A stretch of DNA of 60,420 nt, filler included, from Platydemus manokwari (lineage: Eukaryota): assembly GCA_037951405.1 (NCBI GenBank). It is 5 parts of 5 records of this genome, joined end to end, with 100 filler letters (N's around TTAATTAATTAA, not from the genome) between each part and the next. Parts side by side here need not be neighbours in the genome. Positions count along the whole stretch, not along the records: positions 26,556 to 37,483 come from JBBMOY011046634.1; positions 37,584 to 47,860 come from JBBMOY011149771.1; 3 more parts are not named here. The stretch is one strand, 5' to 3'. Below, in pieces: positions 27,700-41,500 of this stretch. Within the stretch, counting starts at the first letter, position 1. Each line of letters opens with the position of its first letter. Below the pieces are notes generated by a model. It ran no database searches. It had not been told where the DNA came from and worked only from the letters and a program-made list of their open reading frames with translations. A program made the position numbers and the translations under genes.

Positions 27700-29347
27700 G
27701 AATAGAGTACAATTGTGTAATATGCAGGAAAAATGCAATATAATCATTGTTCGGTTCAAGGTCATGAACAAAGAGATTCTATTTGTATCAACAATTCGCA
27801 CTGGAATCGTATATGTGGCTCCCGACAGAATGGCAATTTTACTCAGTCATTTTTTTTATTTTAAAACTGATGAAGAAATGCGATCATTAAAGCATTTATT
27901 CAGGGAAACCAGTTGTCATTACAACATGAATCGCCAAATGATTTACTTGATAATGAATAAGGTAGAGTGTTGGAGATATATAAGGATGCATGAAGGAGAA
28001 TCGTGCTGGTTGGTATTTTGTTCCAAAAATCACGGGTTTTAGAGTCATCGTATATAATTTTTATATAATTAACTTAAATAAAAATATTTATTAATAATTT
28101 GTATCGAACATTTATATTAGAACCTTCTGAATTCGAAAATATTTCAAATCTTAGAGAAATATGTATAATATCTTAAATTTTATGCTATTAGATAAATTAG
28201 AAGAAGAGATTGGTTAGTTGAAAGGTAAGAACAAAAGATAACAAAGATAAGAACAACAAAGGTTTCAAAAAGGAAATAATGATAAATATACTGTTGCAGT
28301 CATATTTCCATTGAAATGTTTAATCTGATATTCAGAAACTTATGGTGGATTAATTTATCTAATACTAATAAGATTTATGTTCAATATTTGGTGTTCCAAC
28401 TTTCGTGATTTTGGTATTCAATATGAAAAACTATTAGCTGTGATCATTTAAAAATTTAAAGTTTTTTTTAATTAATAACTTAAGATATTAATTTATTTAA
28501 ATAATTGTTTGTAAAGAGATTTTTTTGTTTCTTTACTTTTTAGTTCGTTTTCAATGCCATATTTAAAAAAATAGTATTGATTTACATCAACCAAATAAAT
28601 TGTAAAAATTTCTTGGGTTTATTACGTGCAACATAATCTTGTATTTCGAAGAAATTCGTACTGAGGTTCAATTTACAAATGAAAACATATATCAATTTTC
28701 TTCAAATAATAATCACAAATATTATTACGTCTATTTATCATATTATAATTATTTTTAATCGTAAAACAAACAACAGAAAATAGAGTTGTGGATTTTCTAT
28801 AGCCAATTGAAAGTTCCAGGAGAGTTGGTCATAAAGGTAAAATCTATTAAATACTTGTAAGATTTGTGAATAGGTGTGCCTCGAGTTTCATTCGATCTTA
28901 GTATACTGTTTCGTCACCACGTGCGTGTATCTATGTAAGTTTGAAAATATAATGATAAAAACATAATAATTATTTTTAACTGATGGTTTAGTTTGCTTTA
29001 GCTAATATCTTTGAACCAAATTATTTTTTTTCTTGTTAAGTGCTGCACTGTACTGACTTTTATACGTTAATGAATTTAAAAACTTGGATTATTTTCCAGA
29101 TCATTAACATATCAAATTACATGATATTTTGTTACAAAATAATACTTTTAATATTAATTTCTATCCGTTGTAGCTTTTAAATATTTTTTCTAGTTTTACT
29201 ATCTTTAATTTATGTTGTACAACTGTATTTAATAAATAAATTGCAGTTGCAATAATAATTTTATTTGAATGGTAAATTCAATTTAGAGACAAATTATTAA
29301 AACGCGATTATTTATTAAAATTATCAATTGTTATACTAATTAATGTT

Positions 29348-30540
29348 TTATAAAATATTGGGATAACTGGCAGCTGTTGCAATGCCGCATTGATTTTCTT
29401 TGAATTTTGACATTTTTATATATCCGGCTAGTCCCCATAAAGCACCCCAACTGAATATCAGATCTGAATGGTTTGCCCGAAATCAATAAATATTTTACCT
29501 ATTTTTTACAATCCAATATTGATTATTATTTTCGGAATCATATCCTACAACAAGGACAGCATGGTTTGAAACATCTTGCTTGCATTTGACCTCGTTGTAA
29601 ATTCCTCCTCTATTTATAAATTATATCTCTTCTCAAAAATAATCCATACTTGTAAGACTGGAATGATCCATGACCTGCATCAATGGCTACAGAAATTGGG
29701 CCAACTGTAGCTACTGCCACAGCTAGATCAGATTCATTTTTTGGTTTAATGTTAAAAAAGCCTTTGCAACGAGTGACGACCTTTCTTGGATCGTATTGAC
29801 ATGGACCTTCCTGAATTATAATGTTATCAATAATTCTAATTCTTTTTCAAATGGACACCAACCGCGGCTTTATAAGGATAATCACTCTCTCTTTCAATAC
29901 CATATTGTTGAACATAACGAAAAGCATCATTCATCCAACCTCCATTACATCCATGAGTATCAAATGCTCTACTACAATCCACCAATTGTTGTTCGGAAAA
30001 GCTGATGAGGTTTTTGTATTTTCTAAAATATTGACCTTCTAAAGACCCTGTTGAGGAAAAGGTCCAGCATGATCCACACTGACCCTATTATATAATTTTA
30101 ATCTGTTGATCTCAATCTATCACAGAGCTAACTTGATTTTTCACTTCAGTAACGTATCCTTTCTTTCTCCAATCTATCTGCGGAGGTATGGATTCGATAT
30201 TTTCTGGACCCATGAAAATCGGATTACTGATGTTATTTTGAATTGGTTTCGTACTAAGATATTTTGCGATGAATTCTTCATGAGTCATATCTGAAAATTG
30301 GTTGATTCCAAGATAATACGTGTGTTTACCAAGATCGTATTCAAGATTGTGTTGTTGAATGTATTTGAGATTCTGTTCCCAAATGAGACGTCTAGAAATT
30401 TCTGTTAATGGATCATATTTTCGTTGGAAATTTAATTTGAAAGTCTCCCATTCATCATTGAGTTCGACATTGACCAATAAGCTTGGTGACCGTGCCAGAC
30501 AGGAAGCAACACTCAGAATACAAAATATGAAGACGTTCAT
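29348..30540 (-). CDS. CTSL: Cathepsin L-like cysteine protease, complete, 334 aa, 5 exons
   Basis: Exons 30540-30133, 30084-29863, 29810-29650, 29609-29499 and 29450-29348 total 1005 nt. Signal peptide, ERFNIN-type and GINQFSD prodomain motifs, and catalytic QCGSCW, NHAV and KNSWG are all present. Confidence 0.96.
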
Positions 30541-31484
30541 ATTATTGATATTGCATGTTTAAAGTGGATATATATATACAAGTAGTTCTTGCAACAATCA
30601 GATGATGTGTGGACAAATCACAGTGATTATCATAAAATAAATAACAATTGACCAAGGATAGTGCTTAGATATTATAAACAATGAATCAGATTTCTACATG
30701 CGTGTTATGGATTCTTGACTTGTAAATATAGAACAAACTGATATTTAAAAATACGTTTATATCATATAAATTGGGATGGAAGGTTTAGAGGAATAAAAGT
30801 GAAATGTTCTTATTGTACTTTAATATTAATGGGATTTTTACAAAGGTCCTAATTTCAAATATTCATAGACAGTATTCGTCGTATTTTATAGTGTAATAAT
30901 TAACAATACTAGTTAAACGACAGCGCTGAACATTTCTCGATAACACATTTACTTTGTGAATTCATTTAAAGTGTCCATTGTCATTATTCTATACACATAC
31001 ACACACGTATATATGTTTATATCAAACATAAATTACAAGCATATATTTTGCAATCTAATTTATTAAAACATTATATAAAAGCATTATCCCTCACACACTT
31101 TCAAAATTTTAATAATCTTGTGAAAAATTATTTCAAAAATTGTATTTAATGTAAAATAAATTAGAAAGTCTTCTTAAAAATTCAAATCACAAAAAGAAAA
31201 GTTTTAACGATTTTGTTTGGAACCAATAATCATGGTGCGTAATTGTGAAATAGATCATTGATAAATTGTGATTATTTTAGTACAGTAATTTTGGAATATA
31301 TTAAGGTGTATGAGACACATTAAGGTTATTTTAATGATGAGTGTTAGCCGATACTGTTTAAAAAAGTACACTTGAAAACGAACTGTAAAATCAAGAAGTA
31401 AAATTACATTTAAACAAATCATTTATAAAATCTTTGAAATTAATTTTCTTGGAAATTGCCGTCATCATTTTTAAAATAATCACA

Positions 31485-34400
31485 ATGAGAAAGTTTAAAA
31501 AATACAAATAGCTTGATGGATCTTTAGCGTTTGGAATATGTAATGGCAATAGTCTTTTAGAAATTAGACTGAATCAAGAAAAATATTATGAGCCTCGGTT
31601 ATTAGAAGGAAATGATGTTTATCTAAAAATATTTATTAACACGTTTTGGAGTATTTGGTTGGAATACACGAAGAATTTATACAACCTTGAAGAGATATAT
31701 TATGAAATGGTTGACAACAATGTAGTTGAGAATTTCTATGAATTACAGTTTCAGGGTTTATGTTGTGAAGAGTTAGAAAATATCAGAAATGATTGTGTCG
31801 AAACATTTAATATCGATATCTTTGCTACAGAATGTGCTTGTCAGTTTATGTAGAATCTAAAGACACAAACTTTCAAGAGGTTAATGAGGTTGTGATTAGA
31901 AAAGAAGCCTTAATTTCAAAACAAATAGATTCGAGTATAACATTTCAAACTTTTATTATTTTAAGTGAAAATTCGTGGAAATTGTGGTAAGCATAATATT
32001 CAGTGAATTTTAAATAAATAATTATTTGTGAATTCTGTCAACGTTTTACAACATGTTGGTTTTGTTTGAGAAATGATGGGTGATGGTTTTATTTTAAAGG
32101 TAAATGTTGATGACTGTACTTTAAAAGATTTGAATTTGATTCGTGGAATTATTGTAATTTTGGAAATGGATGATGATTTTAAAGATTTAAAATTAGAGTT
32201 CTGACGTTGATGTATTTAGAAACCTATGTCAACACAATATTGATATTTCGTAGATGATATAATAAAAATCACAGTTGGAATATACCGGGAGATGAAAAAT
32301 ATTACATTTTTAAAGATATCAAGGATTAAACCCTTCAAAACTTGCGAAAAATTGATATGTTGTACAGAATAATGAGAAGAACAAAAATGATCAAGCAAAA
32401 GTCGAAATGAGATCTTGTTATAAATATACAAGAGATCAGAAGTCAATTTTTCAATTGGGGGCATTTTGTAGAGAATTAATAATCTATCAAAAATCAGAAT
32501 AGAGAGGAAAATTAAATTAAGTTCTTTGTTCGAAATTATTGTAGTCTTCGACAAATGATCCAAAATTAAATTCGTGATATGAAAAATAAGATTACTTTGT
32601 GATACATCCAATTAAAGACAACCAATCGATTCAGTTGCAAATTCAGCGGACTAAATTGAGTTTCAATCTTGAATAATAATAATCATATTCTTGTTTCATT
32701 AATCCTTATATCTAATATTTGAATTAATACTGACATCTTTGTCAGTCAATTTAGTCGGTGATATCATTGTTACATTATCAAGTACAACATTTTTAACAGT
32801 TTATTGCTTAATTTACGTGATACGTTACTTAATTTTGTATGTTTTTACTTGTTCTGCCACTGTAACCAATATAAAGCGATTTAATAAACAGAATATACAT
32901 AACCATGATGTAATAAATGATTGGAATACACTTTAGTCGGTAATTAAATCTGGGATGAGGACAAAATCTTATTAGATCGAAGCACTGAATAGAGATATCA
33001 TTGTTGATATATCAGGAGGTTAGCCATAATAGTTATAAAACAAAACGGAGAAAAATAAAATTAAACAGACATTATTTGAGTCAATAAGAGCTCGGATAAT
33101 AAATCATAACCACATTCTTTTAAAATAAATTTTGAACCATAATGGCATATGAAGTATAAATTCTAGATAACTTTAATTTTCATTATTTTGAGACTGAAAT
33201 CTTTGTTCAGTGGAGTATGTATCGAGTATGTTGAAAATAAACTTTTAAAAAATAATAAAAATTGTAAACAAATATTAGAAAAATTCTAAAAGAAAATCAT
33301 CAATAATTTATTTAAATCAAAAAATAAAAATGAATAGAATGTCGTTTAAAGATTTGTTTAAAGGAATCAATTTAATAATATGTCCACGAACATTATAATA
33401 AGAGTGTATTTTTGACGACACCCTTCAGTCTTTCATGGTTGGTAACTTTCTATCTGTCTTAAATATTTTGTGTTTACATTCCAGTGACCAATTTTTCATG
33501 TTCGTAATTTCTGTTGGTGCTGATCTCATTGTGAATTGTGAATTGAATTTGTTCTCTTGAGTGTGATTTATGGTGCGAATTTTGACAATTTGATTTTAAA
33601 GTGTAACTTTACGATTAATAATTACTCCTCTGAATATTCTTTTTTAGTGTTGGGAACCAATATAATAAAAATTATAATAAAAATTTAAACAGAGTATAAT
33701 AATATAAAAATATAAACAGAATCTAAAAATAATAAATGCAATAATAATATTAATTTATCGCCCACATATGCTGCCCAAACATTACCGAAAAAATATCATA
33801 ATAATAAAAATAATAATAAAATTTATTAATCGCATCGCTATGGTGAATTAATGCATCTTCATGGTAACATTAAATAAAATCGTAAAAATTAAAAAAAAAT
33901 TCCCAAAATTAATAATCAACTCCCACGTTCACCCACAGGGAGAAAATACTATATATAACTGGGTGACGAGGGAGATTGGACGAAAAATAATTTCTCCAAG
34001 CGAAAATTATCGTATCATCACTTCGTCATTTTTAAGCGAAAACTATCGACAAATCCTCATATTCTCGATCGTTAGGATAAATCTTCAAGTGGAAACTTTT
34101 GTCAAATCTTTATATTCTCGACCGTTAGGATAAATATTCAAAATCTTCGAATCATCGATTCGTCATTAAATTGCGAGTGATATCAATTCAGCCTCCAAAT
34201 TAAATTCCGAACAATCTAATTATCATCAAGATTATTCTCACAAATGCATTCGGTAATTTTACTTATAATCGACGCACCGAGTATAAAGCCGCAAGGGTTT
34301 GTACCCGGTGGCACTTTTAACTTACGAGATCTTCGTAAAAAGGTGGAACCTCTTGTACCACGAAGTCATTTGTTTGCAAAGCCGCAAAGATTTGTAGCCC

Positions 34401-35250
34401 TAAATTATTAAAACTAAATTCACATCTCCTATAGTTTATCATCCGAAGTAAGTCAGCACTTAGTTCCTTACGTCAGTTTGTTTTAAACCTTTCAGGACAC
34501 AACACTGCTATCTGTCAAATTATTACATAACACATTTGTTAATTTGTAGTATAATTGACTTATTGAATTATCATTTTGTTATTGATTATATTATTATTAT
34601 AGTTATCAGTATTATTAAACCTGAATTATTACACGAAACCTAATTACTGATTAAAGTCAGATTATTGGTGGAATCATCATTGTTCCGGTTCTAATCATCA
34701 TTTGAAAAGTGCACAGATATTTCATCGAATTTCACTAGTTGAATTATCCAATATAACTACTCACCCGATACTACATAGCACAGGCTAGTAGTATTCCATC
34801 ATTAGTAAATATCTAAAAATAACAAGAAAAAGATCATCTTTCTTCTAAACATGAAATCTATTATGATTCTAATATAATCATTCTTCATGATCTCTAAATT
34901 AATCAGACAAAATATAATACCGACTCCGAACCATTGAGATCTGCTACTCGTCCTCGTGTTTCTATTAAAATGATCCCAAAATGGTGATGGAATGCTCAAT
35001 CTTGGAATTTCTATAGAAGTTCTTAGGAATATAACCACAACTTTAACAATGCCATATACCAAAGAGTCCCACCACATCTTTCCCTGTTATATAAACAGTA
35101 GTCTTGATGATTTTGTTATAAAACCCGCGTTTGCTGTCATCACGAATATTATCTCAATTTATCACAATTCCATCATAGCTAACAGGATATTCTGTTCTTG
35201 TATGGAATACATCAAATGAACCCATTCCAATTGTGGTTCTACGGGATTTT
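31485..35250. other. Decayed intronless multi-ORF block, possibly an endogenous viral or transposable element
   Basis: Stop-interrupted long frames on + (31485-32080), - (32216-33240) and + (34650-35250), around a CpG-richer core with direct repeats and hairpins. Identity not established. Confidence 0.35.
34050..34141. repeat. 39-bp direct repeat x2, period 53
   Basis: CAAATCCTCATATTCTCGATCGTTAGGATAAATCTTCAA vs CAAATCTTTATATTCTCGACCGTTAGGATAAATATTCAA; also AAGCGAAAA(T/C)TATCG x2 just upstream. Confidence 0.9.
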
Positions 35251-37324
35251 TTATATTTATCTCTATTTATCTTTTATTTTTTTTATTTTTCATTCAATAT
35301 TAAGCTAGAACCAAAATAGGATTTTCGATGTTGTATCCTTCAACTGTAAATATATTCAAGTCACCTGATAAAATCTTTCAGTATTTTAGTTAAGAAATCT
35401 TTTTCAAATAGTCGAGAATGTATCAAATAAATTTTTTAAAAATAATTAAAAAGTTCTAGACAACAACTCAGAAATATTTTAATAAATTAAAAATTGAGAT
35501 AAATGGCAAATTCTAGAACAATTTGTTCGAATGAACTAATTTTATAATCTGTGGAGGAACATTAGAGTCCATTTTTGTCAACGTTGGTTAGTCATTTTGA
35601 GTCAGATAATTGTCTGTCTTACTTTTTTGCATGATTATTCTAATGATCAATCTTTTATGGTCGTGTTTCTGTTTCATCTTTTAGGTGTTAATACCGTTGT
35701 GATTTTTCATTGAATTTGCTATCGTGAATGAGATTTTAAGTCGTGATTATTTAATGTTTTGATTTAACTGATAATATTATGATTGATAATTATAATTTTG
35801 ATATTGAGCGTTGACAAACATCGAGAAACAAAACTGAAAATTATGACTTCATAAATATAAACCCAAAACTAGTACTGATAACGTGGTTCATATATATAAA
35901 AACAAAATTTTAGAAATAATAACATATGATAATAAAGGTAAATAGTCCTTAATAGCAGGTATGACGTTTACCTTTGTAAAAAGGATTAATAAGACATTAT
36001 TTGACTCACCTACACAATCAAAAGAATAATAGATATCTAAAGAACAATATGATTGAAATAATATAAATCGAGTATTTCGAAACATATTAGTGGGATTATA
36101 ATATATAATAACTGAATTGTTGGTACTCAAATGATGATTTTTTTGTTTATAAACAACATCTACAGGACAAATATAATAAATTTGAATTGGAGAAATTTGA
36201 AAATTATACTTATAAAAAGTGGATTGGATTATGAGAATTTATCTTTACATTACTTGGATATAAGTATATTCTATAATTTTCGAATTAAGAAGGGTGTCTC
36301 TTGTGTTGATGTAATAAGGCCAAAAGAGTAAGAAAGTTTGACATCAGAATGAAAATAAGTAAAAAGATCAACATAATCCCTTGCTATTTTGAATGTTTGG
36401 TTTCACTTGGCCGTAAATTCAACAATACGGATGTGTTAAGTCTTTATAGAATTATTACTGCAAATCTAAATTCAGCAATTTAAATATAATTATCTATATT
36501 TCACAATAACGACAATTACAGGATATCTTTATCAAGTAATCTACACAATCGATGACCAAGAAAAGAATGAGAAGCTATTCTAGATCAATTGATCTCGCAA
36601 TAAATTGAGTTAAATTAACATTGATTTGGAAATGTTGTAAATGCTGATATGGTTTTTACATCATTCGAATAAATTTACCTTTACCAAATTGGAAATTAAT
36701 GCTCTTGGTTCTTTAAAATTCACACTATAATAATAATAATCAATAAACGACTATTGTTAAGGAGAATCGTAACGTTGGAAATAAAAAAAATAAGTATATA
36801 ACAATAGACTGAATAAATAATAATAATTATTATTATTGATTAATAATAAAATGAAATTATGATGGTCATAGGGCTTTGTTACGGTTTACGCTATGCCTTT
36901 GTTGCTTATAAATCATTAAGATTAAAGTCAGCACACAATATGGTAGATGCTCTAAACCAGAGATATCAAACATAAAAATTGATCAACTAAATTTCCGACA
37001 TTTATAAGTCATTTAATAGTCCCAAAATCTGTGGAGAAAGTTGTTGTAAGAATATAGACTTTCATCAATAATTTTATTTTCATTTTTATTACTGAGTTTT
37101 GGTCGAAGTTATTAAATGATATTATTATTATAGTTATTAAATTTAAATATGTGCATTTTGAAAATAAATCTTCGTGTTTAAAAAATTAACTTTATTGCCA
37201 GATTTTATAAACTTGAATTTGTGAAATGCTATTTTGAATGACGAAATAATTTCAAAATATATTTTAATTGAAAATTTATATTTTTATTTCGTAAAACAAA
37301 ATTTAGAAACAATCAATGTTAAAG

Positions 37325-37483
37325 TCAGACAAGAGGAAAACTGGCCTCCGAAGCTATTCCACATTGATTTCCTTTGTCTTTTGTCATTTTTATATATCCA
37401 TTTAAACCCCAAGAAGTACCCCAACTGAAAATAGAAGTAAAATTATTTTCTAAAATACGAACCTGTTACACCTATTTTTAACG
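37325..37483 (-). CDS. CTSL: Second cathepsin L paralog, 3' end only (cut by the contig edge)
   Basis: VKNS|[32 protein letters not shown], with the same last-intron position as the complete copy. Confidence 0.92.
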
Positions 37484-37583
37484 NNNNNNNNNNNNNNNNN
37501 NNNNNNNNNNNNNNNNNNNNNNNNNNNTTAATTAATTAANNNNNNNNNNNNNNNNNNNNNNNNNNNNNNNNNNNNNNNNNNNN
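37484..37583. other. Artificial contig linker
   Basis: 44N-TTAATTAATTAA-44N. Confidence 0.98.
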
Positions 37584-37652
37584 GATCTTCAATTTAATAT
37601 TTAAAAATGAAAAGCCAATTTAAAAAAGGCCATTATTTTTGCACCAACCTAA
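37584..37652 (-). mobile_element. Mariner element end, reverse complement of 26384-26452
   Basis: ...GGCCATTATTTTTGCACCAACCTAA followed by TA. Confidence 0.85.
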
Positions 37653-38518
37653 TAAAATAAAAATGTGAGCATTTTTGTTGAATTCAAGAAAATAAATCAG
37701 ATGGAATAAATTTTAAATATTTTTAAATTTGTTTGAAAATGAATATATTATTAAACTATATTTTTTTGTACTGTTTAAAACATGTCTTTTGATTTGAATA
37801 TTAAAATTAAATTTTAGCAATTAACCAATTTTTAAATACAATAAATAGCATTTTCTCAAAATTATATAAATTAAAATATATAAATAAAGAAAGAAAAAAT
37901 ATGATTCTCCAAAAATATCCTCTGTTAATTTTTTATAATAAAATGGATATTAAATTGGTTGTGAATATTTAAAAATTTAAACTTGAATTTAAAAAAGAAG
38001 ATTTATATATAACTAATCCATCAGCAACAGCGGCAACTAATTAAAATAAATTCAAAGATATTATTTTTGAATCTCAACAAACTTCCGATAGATATTTGTA
38101 ATGGTTTCTTGAGTCATTTACGATTTACAATAAAATTATTTATTGCATATAATAAAAATAACAACTGAAAAATATCCTCATTTTAAAATTTAGCAGATAA
38201 TAAAATCATTAAGTGTTAAATTTTGTGTTAAACTAAATGTTTTAATACATCGATTTTGGATTAAAAAGTTACGCAGTTTTAACAACAGATCCGTTATTGT
38301 TAACTTGGTATTCCTTTTAAACAAACTAATGGAAGTAATTTATTATTCAATAAATATTTATAAATAAGATGTATATTTATGAAAGTAAAATAATGAGTAT
38401 ATTATTGATATACAGTCTGTGATGTCATATATGGAGAAATATTAAAAAAGTTTAATTAGTTCTTAATTTAATTAATTAAATTAAATTTTTGAAACAACTA
38501 TTTTTTCCATTTTTTTAG

Positions 38519-41500
38519 AATCAGATCCCATGTTTGAAAATTGGTGATAAAGTATTGATAAATATTAATGACGAGGAAGTTATTAAGAAGATGCAGGAAC
38601 ATCATGGGGGATGGAATTCAAATATTAATGAAGTAAATTTGTTAATAAATAAATGATAACAGATGAATGAGAGGTGAAATATTGATTATCGATTACGGTG
38701 ATATTAACTGATTTTAAATTGCTTATAATCAAGTGTTTGCAAAGAATAGCGAAATAATTTATAAAATTTCTATCAATTGAATAGTGTTGTGTTTACACTT
38801 TTCAATAGAGTTACTTCTTAGAAGACAATATCTATCTTCATATGTTTGCACTTATATTAATACTATATAATTTAGATATTGCGTATTATTGAAATTAAAA
38901 TTTATTGGAAAATAATCCGTTGTCATTGACAATTTTATATCTCAGTGCACATATAGACCTTCTGTGGTCATTCAATCAAATAATACCGATGTATTTGTGA
39001 AGAGTTTTTCTGGAAAAATATATCGATTAAATGCAGAATTATTGACAATATATGAAAATAGTAAGAAAAAAGCCTAAATTATTTTATTAAAACAGTCTGT
39101 CATTCATAGATAATGAATCCGGAGAGAATGTTGTTCAAATTAATGAAAATGAGATTCTTCAAATCAATCTCGGAGAATCCAATGATGAAATAAAGAACAT
39201 TTTACAATTGCTAGCCTTGCAGAATGTTCGTATATGTTTTGATTCATCTGTTTTATTCAATTTCCAATTTTAGGAAAATCCTTTTGAAGAAATGGTTTTA
39301 TCTCAGCTGATAACTAGTGCTCCGATATTGCACATTAAAACTAACTCTAATGATAGTGCACTTCATTTAGCAGTCCAACAAAACCAACTCGACCGATGCA
39401 TTGCGCTCATCAAAAATGGTGCTAATATCAATGCTCAAAATAAAATGAAATTGACCCCACTCATGCTGGCTGCTCAGTCTGGTTACGAAGATATTCTCGC
39501 TTTTTTTGTTCAATCTGAAGGCGTCGATATTCACCTCACTGTACTTTATTGATATGTCTTGTATTTAATTTTTAAATTATGTCATTATTTGCTTTTAATC
39601 GTACCGATTTGGGAAATTACTCTTTAAATTTCAAGATATTATTATTGATTTAAATGTATGATGTCATCAATCTTGATTGTATTAGTGTTGATGGCATTGA
39701 TGAAACAATCTTTAAAAAATATCTGACCAAACAAAGCCATGCGAAATGCAGATATTTTATCCTATAAATAAAAAATTATTAATTCGAAAATCATGATGAT
39801 GTTATCAAAAACAAATCGGCTTAGATACGATTTCATTGTTATATAAAACATTACAGACTTTGCTATATTTTATGGATATAATGCATGTTATGTAGGACAT
39901 CGCTGGAAACACAGCTCTTCATTTGGCCATTCTTAATAATCAAATCAAGTCAGTGGAAATATTATTGAATTCTGGGGCCAATATTCGCACAGTAAATAGA
40001 AAAGATTTTAATGCTTGTCATCTAGCAACAATAAGAGGCAATGAAAAGTAATGATTTATTATTGATCTAACGTAGCTAGAGCAATATTGGTCTGATCATA
40101 TCTCATCACTACTGTCATTATTGCATTTCTGATGATAAAATCGATCATAACTCCAATCAATGGTGGCTGGATGTAAAATGATAAAATAATTTGCTTTCAA
40201 ATATTGTCACTTATTGATATCATGTGACTCTTAAATAGACAGACATCAGGTTCAGTTTTATATGATAATGATGGCGGATATCATTTTTGAAATCAATGGT
40301 GCAATTCAATTAAAATTAGTTTTGCGAATCTTTTGTTTATTTAATTTTGATTGTAAGCAGTTTCATTCTTGTAATTTTATATTAATAACTTAAACAAATA
40401 TAATAATATATATTATTATTTTCCTTAAAAGTACGATTATATGTGATCAGCATGACTTTCCATTTTATGGTTAAACATTTAGCTAAATTGATGTTGACAT
40501 TGTTCTCAATTTTCTATTTCTTTGTAAATAAATTTGGATCCATCAATGACAATCAATATTCAATAAAGTAATTCATCAGAAATATTTCCGCAACCATCAC
40601 ATCAAGAGTGTGCTTATATGACTCTTAAATAGCAGTCATCAGGTTTAGTTTTGTACGATGATAATGGCGGATATAATATTTGAAATCATTTTCGATAAAT
40701 AGTTGAAGTCAAAATTTTGAAAAACAATTTTGTTAAAACGTTTATTAATATGTAATAATCATGTGATAATTACGACGTTTGTTCTAATCTATTTAAGCTT
40801 TTAATTTCTTAACTCGTTTATATAGTGATTCCATATGTTTTGTAATGTGCTTGTGATGCAAAATGGTAATCATTACAGAGTGATTAAAGAACAGATCATT
40901 GATATGTTTAATTAATCTGATGTATTTGTATTAACAGAATTCTTGAAATCATTCTCAAAAATGGAGGAGATGCTATTATCAATGATCAAAAAGACGACAA
41001 ATTTGCACCAATACATATAGCTGCCATTAATAATCGTGTTGAATGTCTCAAGCTTCTAATAAAGCACAACGCTTATATAAATATTCGCAACCACACGTTA
41101 CAAACTGCTTTACATTTAGCTGTGTGCGAAAAATATTTTGACTGTGTGAAAGTCTTGGTTGAGAATAATGCCGATTTAAATTTAAGAGACGAAGATGGCG
41201 ATACACCTCTCCACGAAGGCATGCGAATATTCAATAATAATAGATTGGGAGTGAATTTTATTTTTGGAATTATTCTTGAATAATAATATATAAAGAAAAA
41301 AGGTATATTGATTGATTTAAACCATTTTTTCAAATCAAAGGAGGATCTGGGAAAGCAACTGAGGAATTTCGAAGAAATTATAATGTATTTAATTGAAAAA
41401 GGGGCTAGGATGGATATAAAAAATAATCAAGGCGAAACTCCAATGTCATTTTGTGATGATGAATTGTTGAAAGCAAAAATATTATCGATACAAATTAGCG

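Noticed and set aside
27611-28042. 143-aa ORF as a real gene
   Set aside because: GTG start, runs through a microsatellite, and has no recognisable domain.
28870-28930. Hammerhead ribozyme (GACGAAAC on the minus strand)
   Set aside because: No CUGANGA box at the required distance and no supporting stems.
29796-30562. Plus-strand ORFs over the cathepsin gene
   Set aside because: Antisense shadows of the minus-strand CDS.
35040-35250. dUTPase remnant (DDFVIKP, VLVWNTSNEP)
   Set aside because: The fragments are in different frames and the conserved RSG and GVID.DY.G motifs are absent.
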